A stretch of 32,000 bases of DNA from a virus. The notes under the pieces were generated by a model. That model searched no databases, had not been told where the DNA came from, and saw only the letters and a program-made list of their open reading frames with translations. Shown here piece by piece: positions 8,597 to 15,938 of the stretch. How positions within the stretch are numbered: position 1 is the first letter of the stretch; every line of letters begins with the position of its first letter. The stretch spans positions 6,225-38,224 of IMG/VR virus record IMGVR_UViG_3300045988_135512. One strand, written 5' to 3'. The position numbers were made by a program, and so were the translations under genes.

Positions 8597-8731
8597 CTAA
8601 ATCTTTGTGGACGCACAAAGGTTGTATTTAGTGTACGCAAAATACAAATGTAACCCGTAAACAAAAGTTTCGAAATTCCTAATTACATTACAAAATCACA
8701 AAACTGGCAGTCAATAAAAGGCTGTCGGTAT

Positions 8732-8800
8732 GGATCGTTAGTTCAGTTGGTCAGAGCATTTCACAAATAGGAAACGCAGGTTCGAATCCTGCACGATTCA
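8732..8800 (+). tRNA. tRNA-like element with shortened anticodon/variable region (pseudo-tRNA or minimal tRNA)
   Basis: Acceptor GGATCGT/ACGATTC, D arm GTTC...GAGC, T arm GCAGG-TTCGAAT-CCTGC. Only 18 nt between D and T arms instead of about 23, and anticodon stem only TTTC/GAAA. Confidence 0.55.
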
Positions 8801-8826
8801 TTATATAAAAAGGGAGGGAAATAGAA

Positions 8827-9441
8827 TTGAATTATGTAATCAGAAATAATAAAGGAGTGTACATCAAGATCGATGCTGGCGGCAGACCAGTGTCTTGTAA
8901 TTTCAAAGACAGAACGCTGATGGATAAGAATAAAGCAAGAAATGTTATCAATTCATTGCCGAAGTCTTTGAAGAAGCTGAAATTTTTCATGGAAGCCATT
9001 CCTGATATCCCTCCGAAAGTAATAAAAAATGATGAGCCGAAGGAATTATCCGAAAATATCACACGTTGGGTAGATAAGTTCGGTGCTTGTGGAGATGTTT
9101 TCAATGCAGCCATTGAAAGAAGCAATGAATTAATCAGTCAGTTATATGATCTTGATAGGACATTGCTTAATATATTGCATACAGCAGAAATTGAAAAATC
9201 AAAGGATTTATATACTGGTTGGTTAGTATATAAAGCAATCCGCGAAAATCGTCTTATAAGAAGAGAAACGAAAGATGAGATTTTAATCATTCAAACTATT
9301 CTTACTAATATCAAACCAGAATGCTTCCAACGTGAACGGATTCAAAAGGCAGTGGATGGACTTCTGCATAGAAAGTATACATATCGAATCATCGAAGGAT
9401 CAGAAGATGAGGAGAACGAAACAGAAATACATAATAATTAG
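8827..9441 (+). CDS. Hypothetical protein
   Basis: 204-aa ORF with GGGAGGG RBS upstream. Confidence 0.7.
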   Translation: MNYVIRNNKGVYIKIDAGGRPVSCNFKDRTLMDKNKARNVINSLPKSLKKLKFFMEAIPDIPPKVIKNDEPKELSENITRWVDKFGACGDVFNAAIERSNELISQLYDLDRTLLNILHTAEIEKSKDLYTGWLVYKAIRENRLIRRETKDEILIIQTILTNIKPECFQRERIQKAVDGLLHRKYTYRIIEGSEDEENETEIHNN

Positions 9442-9452
9442 GTGGGTTCTTT

Positions 9453-11711
9453 ATGGGGAGAGTAGAAAAATTAAATCTGAACGAAAAACAGTTGGAATTA
9501 GTCACATATTATTCTGAAAACGATATGGCGAGATTAAAACGGATTTGTAATCCAATTATCAATATGAAGAACGTAGATCAGAAGGATTATGATGACTTGT
9601 ACAGTGATGCACTGAAAGTTCTTCTGGAAAGTGTTCAGACATTTGATGAAACAGCAGATTGTTCTTTTAATACATTTCTTACAGGAAATATTAAACGGTC
9701 ATTCTATGATTGGAGCCGCGATCAACTGACTTGGAAGAGATGCAATCTGGAATACGAAACAGATGAAAATGGAGAGATAAAAAGGGATAAGAACGGAAAT
9801 CCAATAAAAAAGAAAGTCTATGATGTTTCTATGGATGTTCCATTGGAAGATGGATCTGATTTAAGAGAAAAAATCCCGTCTAATTTCAGTGTAGAGACAG
9901 AACTTGGATTAAATGGAGATGATTCTATAGAAAAGGTAAATATACTTCTTGATAGTATGCCACGGTTACAGAGGCGAATTACTATTTTGAAAATGAGGAA
10001 AGTTCCTGTAGAAAAAATTAAGAAGATCTTAAATATATCGCAAAGCGATTATGAAAACGCAGTAGAGCGGATTAAGAGAAATGAAAATATGGAAATGTTT
10101 TTAAAAGACACGAAATATAATATGGAGGAATATGATATGAAAGACAGAGTAATTGCTATTAGCGAATCCGAAGATTACAGAATGGACAAATTACCAATGT
10201 TCACATTATTGCAGCAGAAAAAAGATGGTGACATTAACTGTAAATACATTTTACAGAGAAAACCATTTCAGTGGTCAGAAGAAGAAGCGAATCGTTATTT
10301 TTGTAGAATATTAAGTTCCCTTCCTGTTCCTGAAATCGTTTTATGTGAGCAAAAAGTAAAGGAATTGATTATTGCATATTTAATTGATGGTTTACAGCGT
10401 TTATCTTATGCGGAAGCATTTAGAAATAATCGTATTAAAATTGGAAGTGTAGGTGCAGAAAGACACTTAATTGAATATAGAGAATATTCTTTAGACGAAA
10501 ACGGAAATCGAATTTTAGATGACAACGGATTTCCAACCTACGAATTAAAAATATGTGATGTTATTGGAAAATACTACAAAGATCTTCCTGATGAATTAAA
10601 AAAGAGATTTGATGTATTTAATTTCAATGTGACTAAGTTTTTTAATTGCACGGATCAGCAAATTGCGGATCACCTTCGCGACTACAACAACCACTCATCT
10701 ATGAACAAGGAGCAGTTGGGACTGACCAAGATTACTACCGTAACAGCTGGGAAAATTAAGAAAATCTCTGAGAAGAATATGTTTTTCAAAAATTGCTGTA
10801 AAATCACTACAACTAATGAGACTAAAGGTAAACTGGAACGTGTAGTTGCCGAAGCAATTATGCTTTTGTTCCATAAGGACGATTGGAAAGCTAAATTGGA
10901 AAATGCCTATAAGTATGTAGATGAAAATGCTACAGACGAAGAGTTTGAACAGCTTAATTCTGATTTAAACCGTTTGGAATTAGCAATTGGAGAAAATAAT
11001 AAGGAAGTTACCAAGTTATTTACTCCAGCTGCCATTCCTATGTGGGTGGCGGTATTCAATGAATTTACAAAGTATAACATTGAAGATAGCAGATTTGTAG
11101 ACTTCCTTAATGCATATGCAACTGATTTAAAAGACCGTACTGTAGATGGTGTTAGCATGAAAACTTTTAAATCAGAACAGAGTAAAAAGAGAACTACCAT
11201 CATGGGAAAAATCAATCTATTGGTTACTCTTATGAAGGATTATTTACATATTGAAGAAGTAGAAGAAACAGAAAATACATATGAAGAAGTAACTAATGAA
11301 GAAGTAACTGAAAACGAGAATAATACAGTAAAAGAGACAACAGAAAATAATGTTACTACAGAAGAAACAGAATCAGTAGTAACTGAATCACAGTCAGAAG
11401 AAGATCATGAGTTACAGTTCGTAAAAGAGGTAGCTGATCCAAATGTAGAACAGGAAGACATTGAACTGTATAAGGATTTTATTGACGACTATCTTAAGTT
11501 AGACTCCTGTGTATACAAAGTTGGTATGCCGGTATTGTTAGCACTTATGGCATATGCTTGTAATGCAGAGAAAGACGAAGAGTTTAGTGAATGGCTCAAT
11601 GAAATGGAAAAACAGCATAGAATTTTCACAGGTTCAGAGAAAGATAATTATGAGAAGTTGAAAGCAGAATTTCTTACTTTCTTAGATTCTCATGGTAATA
11701 AAGCAGCATAA
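9453..11711 (+). CDS. Fusion of a sigma-70-like N-terminal module with a DUF262/GmrSD-N (ParB/Srx)-like domain and an acidic linker plus C-terminal domain
   Basis: Region-2-like YDDLYSDALKVLLESVQTFDETADCSFNTFLTGNIKRSFYDW; region-4-like LLDSMPRLQRRITILKMRKVPVEKIKKILNIS; DUF262-like YILQRKPFQWSEEEANRYFCRILSSLPVPEIVL...YLIDGLQRLSYAEAF. Confidence 0.65.
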   Translation: MGRVEKLNLNEKQLELVTYYSENDMARLKRICNPIINMKNVDQKDYDDLYSDALKVLLESVQTFDETADCSFNTFLTGNIKRSFYDWSRDQLTWKRCNLEYETDENGEIKRDKNGNPIKKKVYDVSMDVPLEDGSDLREKIPSNFSVETELGLNGDDSIEKVNILLDSMPRLQRRITILKMRKVPVEKIKKILNISQSDYENAVERIKRNENMEMFLKDTKYNMEEYDMKDRVIAISESEDYRMDKLPMFTLLQQKKDGDINCKYILQRKPFQWSEEEANRYFCRILSSLPVPEIVLCEQKVKELIIAYLIDGLQRLSYAEAFRNNRIKIGSVGAERHLIEYREYSLDENGNRILDDNGFPTYELKICDVIGKYYKDLPDELKKRFDVFNFNVTKFFNCTDQQIADHLRDYNNHSSMNKEQLGLTKITTVTAGKIKKISEKNMFFKNCCKITTTNETKGKLERVVAEAIMLLFHKDDWKAKLENAYKYVDENATDEEFEQLNSDLNRLELAIGENNKEVTKLFTPAAIPMWVAVFNEFTKYNIEDSRFVDFLNAYATDLKDRTVDGVSMKTFKSEQSKKRTTIMGKINLLVTLMKDYLHIEEVEETENTYEEVTNEEVTENENNTVKETTENNVTTEETESVVTESQSEEDHELQFVKEVADPNVEQEDIELYKDFIDDYLKLDSCVYKVGMPVLLALMAYACNAEKDEEFSEWLNEMEKQHRIFTGSEKDNYEKLKAEFLTFLDSHGNKAA

Positions 11712-11738
11712 AAAATACATAGAAAGAGGTAAAAGAAA

Positions 11739-12128
11739 ATGGCAAAATTAACAGGTTATTATGAAGTGGCAGAAACGAATCAGGGTTGTGGAAGATACTA
11801 CTATGCGATCTACAAGGACCAGAATCACTATAAAGTTGGCGATAAGATTTTAGTATCAGGTGCTTGTCATGATATTTTGGAGATCGTCAACATTCTTACA
11901 CCAGAAGAATTTGAAGGAAAAGTAGATCTTACGGCAGAGGTTATTTGTAAAGTTGACACAAAGGCATATGAAAAACGTGTTGAAGAACGTAGAAGAAAGA
12001 TGAAACTTAAGAAAGAATTGGATAAAAGATTAAAAGAAATCGTTAACGAAGGGAAATATGAATGGGCAGCTGAGAAAGATCCTGAGTTTGCTAAGATGCT
12101 GGAAGAATATAAAAAGATTGGAGAGTGA
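11739..12128 (+). CDS. Hypothetical protein
   Basis: 129-aa ORF overlapping the next ORF by 4 nt. Confidence 0.7.
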   Translation: MAKLTGYYEVAETNQGCGRYYYAIYKDQNHYKVGDKILVSGACHDILEIVNILTPEEFEGKVDLTAEVICKVDTKAYEKRVEERRRKMKLKKELDKRLKEIVNEGKYEWAAEKDPEFAKMLEEYKKIGE

Positions 12129-12721
12129 TACATATGGAACACGTAAATAACATTATGAGTAAAGCAGATATGGAAAGATTAAAATTAGATAATTATCAGC
12201 CTATTACAGTTACTGCAGGTGATCCAATTACAATTCATGCAGCCGGTGGAATTTCTGTTGAAAAGTTTGCGGAAAATATAAAGGGTTCTCTTGCTTTATC
12301 TATTAAAAAAGAATCTAATGTAAAAATAAAAATCAAAGATGTAAACATCATTGTAGAGAATAAAGTTGTAGAAGTAACTTTTTCCGATGGAGATAAGCAG
12401 AAATCGGTTTGTAGAGAGCCAGATGTATTCAGTTTAGAAACAGCAATTTCTATTTGTATTGCAAAGCATGTTCTTGGTGGAAGCAGTTTATACAATAAGG
12501 CAGTTCGTAATGGTCTTAAGTGTTATGAGAACAAGTTAAAGAAAGAAAATGCTGAAGCCAAAGAGAAAGAAAGAATTGAAAAGCGTAAGGCTAAGTTAGC
12601 TGCTTATAAGAAGCGTAAAGCAGAGAGACGCAAAGAAGCACAGATCGAAATGCAGAAAGAAGCCTATCTGAGAGCGCTGCGTGATTTCAACAAAGAGCTT
12701 TCTGAAACAAGTTGTGAATAA
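12125..12721 (+). CDS. Hypothetical protein with charged coiled-coil C-terminus
   Basis: 198-aa ORF, probable start at M4 (MEHVNN), Lys/Arg/Glu-rich tail. Confidence 0.7.
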   Translation: MIHMEHVNNIMSKADMERLKLDNYQPITVTAGDPITIHAAGGISVEKFAENIKGSLALSIKKESNVKIKIKDVNIIVENKVVEVTFSDGDKQKSVCREPDVFSLETAISICIAKHVLGGSSLYNKAVRNGLKCYENKLKKENAEAKEKERIEKRKAKLAAYKKRKAERRKEAQIEMQKEAYLRALRDFNKELSETSCE

Positions 12722-12728
12722 TACATAT

Positions 12729-12752
12729 GGGCGGTAGAAATGCCGCCTTATT
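12729..12752 (+). terminator. Terminator-like hairpin between ORF 12125-12721 and the CRISPR-like array
   Basis: GGCGG (12730-12734) / CCGCC (12743-12747) followed by TTATT. Confidence 0.4.
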
Positions 12753-12794
12753 AAAAAAATGCATAAGATAGGAGAAAAATAATATGGTAACAGA

Positions 12795-13028
12795 TCTTTA
12801 GAGGTAAGTAATTTCAGAGGGTTACAAAACGGGTGTTATTAATCTGGAATGAACTGCGCTGTTTTAGAGGTAAGTAATTTCAGAGGGTTACAAAACAACG
12901 GTCACGTTCGATAAAAGAATCTTAGTGTTTTAGAGGTAAGTAATTTCAGAGGGTTACAAAACGAACAATGATTACCGAAATCTGATCTTGCTGTTTTAGA
13001 GGTAAGTAATTTCAGAGGGTTACAAAAC
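12795..13028 (+). CRISPR. Compact CRISPR-like array: 4 x 36-nt repeats, 3 x 30-nt spacers
   Basis: Repeat GTTTTAGAGGTAAGTAATTTCAGAGGGTTACAAAAC at 12861-12896, 12927-12962 and 12993-13028 (identical). The copy at 12795-12830 differs at its first two bases (TC for GT). Spacers 12831-12860, 12897-12926 and 12963-12992 are mutually unrelated. Confidence 0.93.
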
Positions 13029-13261
13029 CTCAAAGTAGTCTTCTGAAATTATAAGTGTGAATTAAAAATAGACTTAGGTTACTACGTTATAAAAAGATAA
13101 TATACCATTATATCGCTCTAGTAATGACTATATCATTGATATTTAAACATGCATTACACTAAAGATACCAAATGCAAGTGATATCAATATTATAAACTTT
13201 TTATAACATTGTCGAAGAGCATTACCGGCTATATGCCGAGATTATTTTAAGGATAATATAT
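13029..13261 (+). ncRNA. Candidate omegaRNA/tracr-like scaffold between array and iscB-like gene
   Basis: TCTGAAATTA (13042-13051) is complementary to repeat bases TAATTTCAGA (13007-13016 in the last repeat). ATTGATAT/ATATCAAT (13135-13142/13181-13188) encloses GCATT/AATGC (13151-13155/13171-13175). CGGC/GCCG hairpin at 13226-13238. Noncoding and directly upstream of the ORF, where IscB omegaRNAs sit. Confidence 0.7.
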
Positions 13262-14824
13262 ATGAATTATTTAGATTTTGTACTTATGGTAGATAAGAAT
13301 AAAGTTCCTTGTATTCCAATTAAAGAGAGTACGGCAGCATATTTATTAAGACATAATAAAGCTAAGATTATAAATCACGATCCAACAGTAATACAAAGAT
13401 TTGATGAGTATTCGGCAGATTATGAAATAAGAAATATATTTGAATTAAAAATAGATAGTGGTTATCTAAATATAGGTTTTTCTGTAAGTGATAGCGAGCA
13501 TGAATATCTGGCAGGACAGGTCAATCTGTTACAAGGAATGAGTGAAAGGCTCACTGTTAGGGCCTCGAATCGCAAATTTAAACGAGCTAGATTGAGATAT
13601 CGAAAAAATAAGAATGTAGATTATAAAACAGTTCATAATTCTACGTATAAAAATGGAAATCAAGATGGATGGATTGCTCCATCTATACAACATAAAATAG
13701 ATTCACATATTCGGTTAATAAAGAAAATTGCTCAATGGGTTCCAATAGATAGGATAATTATTGAAGTAGCGAAATTTGATATTCAGAAAATGATTGCAGA
13801 TTTGGATGGAAGAATAATTTCTGGAAAAGATTATCAAAATGGAGAAATGAAAGGGTATGAAAATGTTACCGCATATGTAAGGGATAGAGATAAACATACA
13901 TGTCAAATGTGTTTATCGAGTGGAAAAGTAAAGAATAAAAACAACGATACTATAGAAGTACATCATATTATTCCAAGAGCTGCTGGCGGCACAAATCGTC
14001 CGAGTAATCTTATTTGTCTTTGTCATCATCACCATCGTCTGGTTCATTCCAATAACAATAATAATAAATATTTTAGGGAATTGCAAAATAAGAAGATGCC
14101 TGATACCTATAAGGATTCTACTTTTATGAATATTGTCAGATATAAAATCTACAATGCATTATGTGCGGATTTTAAAGATGTAGAACTTGCTTATGGTTAT
14201 GAGACAAAAATTAATCGTAAACTTATAGGTTTACCAAAGTTCCATTACACCGATGCAGTATGTCTAAAAGAATGGAAAAATATCTCATTAACAAAATTTA
14301 TTTATATAGTAGATCAGAAAAGATGTAATGATAGAAAAATGGAAAGCTTTTTTGATGCGAAATATATAGACATACGAGATGGGAAAACTAAATCAGGAAC
14401 AGAATTATGTTATACAAGATTGGATAATGCATCGTCTTGGAGGACAACATGTAAAAATGAAGTAGATAATCTCAGGCAATATAGAGAAAAGAAGATAACA
14501 AAAGGAAGGAAACAAAGAGAATGTCATTTTTATTGTTTAAAACCTGGTGATTTAATTTTTATAAATTTAGGAAATCATAAAGGTAATTTGGCAGAAGTCA
14601 AAACAATGCAAATTCAAAAAGGTAAGTATAAAATATTTTTTACATATAAAAATCAAAAAGTAGATAATCCAACCATTTCATTAAGTTCAGAAGAGTATGA
14701 ACAGCTTAAGAAAAATGAATGTTCTAAAGTGAAGATTGTACGTACAAGACGAGGTATGATTTGGAGAAAATATAATAGGTTGGAATACGAGAATACATAT
14801 AAAGATCAATATGATAAAAATTAA
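13262..14824 (+). CDS. iscB: IscB-family RuvC/HNH RNA-guided endonuclease (520 aa)
   Basis: N-terminal PLMP-like VDKNKVPCIPIKESTAAYLLRHNKAKIINHDPTVIQ; RuvC-I LKIDSGYLNIGFSV (D65); Arg-rich bridge segment ASNRKFKRARLRYRKNK; RuvC-II RIIIEVAKFD (E168); HNH CQMC...IEVHHIIPRAAGGTNRPSNLICLCHHHHRLVH; RuvC-III KFHYTDAVCL (D331); C-terminal PGDLI segment as in IscB. Confidence 0.9.
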   Translation: MNYLDFVLMVDKNKVPCIPIKESTAAYLLRHNKAKIINHDPTVIQRFDEYSADYEIRNIFELKIDSGYLNIGFSVSDSEHEYLAGQVNLLQGMSERLTVRASNRKFKRARLRYRKNKNVDYKTVHNSTYKNGNQDGWIAPSIQHKIDSHIRLIKKIAQWVPIDRIIIEVAKFDIQKMIADLDGRIISGKDYQNGEMKGYENVTAYVRDRDKHTCQMCLSSGKVKNKNNDTIEVHHIIPRAAGGTNRPSNLICLCHHHHRLVHSNNNNNKYFRELQNKKMPDTYKDSTFMNIVRYKIYNALCADFKDVELAYGYETKINRKLIGLPKFHYTDAVCLKEWKNISLTKFIYIVDQKRCNDRKMESFFDAKYIDIRDGKTKSGTELCYTRLDNASSWRTTCKNEVDNLRQYREKKITKGRKQRECHFYCLKPGDLIFINLGNHKGNLAEVKTMQIQKGKYKIFFTYKNQKVDNPTISLSSEEYEQLKKNECSKVKIVRTRRGMIWRKYNRLEYENTYKDQYDKN

Positions 14825-14861
14825 AATACATAATGAAATCGAAATTTAGAAGGGAGAATAC

Positions 14862-15560
14862 ATGAGTAGAACATTTAAGACTTGGCGTGATCCGTATGAT
14901 GAAGGATTTTCTACATGTCGCAAGAAAGAAATTGAGATCAAACCAGGAGTGACGGTATTAGTTGGATGCAATGGAGCTGGTAAAAGCACATTGCTCCACA
15001 ATATCCGTGAAAAACTTAAGAAAGAAGACATTCCAACTTTCATTTATGATAACGAGAAAGACGGTGGACATAATTCCATTGGAGAAAGTATGTTTTACGG
15101 CGATGTTGCATTAGGAGCAACCGCATTGTGTTCTTCTGAAGGTGAGAACATCACAATAAACCTTGGCAAGATTGCCTCGAAACTGAGAAAGTTCATTCAG
15201 ACAGGTGATAATGGAGATAGGTTTAATAGGCTAGGAAGATTACTTGCAGGAGAAGATGAAAATGAAGTCACCTCTAATGAGAGATGGATTTTACTAGATG
15301 CTATGGATTCAGGCTATTCTATTGACAATGTTATTGAGATGAAGGATTTCTTTCAGATGGTCCTGGATGATGCAAAAATGCATGGTATGGAAGTGTATAT
15401 TGTAATCTCATCTAATGAATATGAGTTAGCACACGATTCAGATTGTTTCGATGTAATGGAAGGAAAATATATCCGGTTTGAAAGGTATGAAGAATATAAG
15501 AAATTTATTCTGAAAAGTAGAGAAAAGAAAGATAAGAGATATAAAACGGAGGAGAAATAG
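14862..15560 (+). CDS. ABC/SMC-type ATPase-like protein
   Basis: Walker A VLVGCNGAGKSTLLHNI and Walker B-like RWILLDAMDSGYSID. Confidence 0.75.
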   Translation: MSRTFKTWRDPYDEGFSTCRKKEIEIKPGVTVLVGCNGAGKSTLLHNIREKLKKEDIPTFIYDNEKDGGHNSIGESMFYGDVALGATALCSSEGENITINLGKIASKLRKFIQTGDNGDRFNRLGRLLAGEDENEVTSNERWILLDAMDSGYSIDNVIEMKDFFQMVLDDAKMHGMEVYIVISSNEYELAHDSDCFDVMEGKYIRFERYEEYKKFILKSREKKDKRYKTEEK

Positions 15561-15926
15561 ATGAAAGGTTATACAGATTTTGCAATGGGTTTCTTAGGAC
15601 CAACTGCAGTTGCTACAAAACTAATTGGAAGAACGAAATATATGGACTGGAATAAGGTTCAGAAAATTGTAGACGAAAATCCAAATTCAGTAATTTATGC
15701 AGGACTTCGTGAAGATTGGAATAACACAAGTGGTTTAATCTTCGCAAGAGGAGAATATTACAATGGATATGTTTATGGGTGTTCTAATTGGGCTACTCCA
15801 ATTGTTGATGTAGATGGCAAAGAGATTGAATGCTGGACATGTGAACCAACAAAAGAGGATAGTGGAAAACCTGATTGGTGGGGAAATGGAAGCGAATTAC
15901 TCAGCGAATTTGATTTTGATGACTAA
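15561..15926 (+). CDS. Hypothetical protein
   Basis: 121-aa ORF starting immediately after the ATPase stop. Confidence 0.65.
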   Translation: MKGYTDFAMGFLGPTAVATKLIGRTKYMDWNKVQKIVDENPNSVIYAGLREDWNNTSGLIFARGEYYNGYVYGCSNWATPIVDVDGKEIECWTCEPTKEDSGKPDWWGNGSELLSEFDFDD

Positions 15927-15938
15927 TAGAGGGAATGA

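Noticed and set aside
8524-8800. tRNA cluster as evidence of a chromosomal locus
   Set aside because: One tRNA has an A1-C72 mismatch and the other is truncated. They sit inside an SOS-driven mobile-element transcript, so element-borne tRNAs are more likely.
10907-11215. Minus-strand ORFs such as 10907-11215, 17479-17778, 20325-20612, 20808-21056, 27286-27600 and 29863-30051
   Set aside because: Each lies antisense within a well-supported plus-strand gene, has low-complexity hydrophobic composition typical of shadow ORFs, and lacks an RBS.
12861-13028. Simple tandem repeat or protein-coding repeat
   Set aside because: The spacers are equal length (30 nt) but unrelated in sequence while the repeats are identical, and no ORF crosses the region in any frame of the supplied track.
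12795-14824. Canonical type II CRISPR-Cas9 locus
   Set aside because: The repeat looks type II-like, but the effector is only 520 aa with no REC lobe, carries an IscB N-terminal PLMP-like region, and no cas1, cas2 or csn2 is present in the window.
13262-14824. Ordinary HNH homing endonuclease or group I/II intron-encoded protein
   Set aside because: Split RuvC motifs (D65, E168, D331) bracket the HNH, and the N-terminal domain matches IscB. No intron core was recognised around it.
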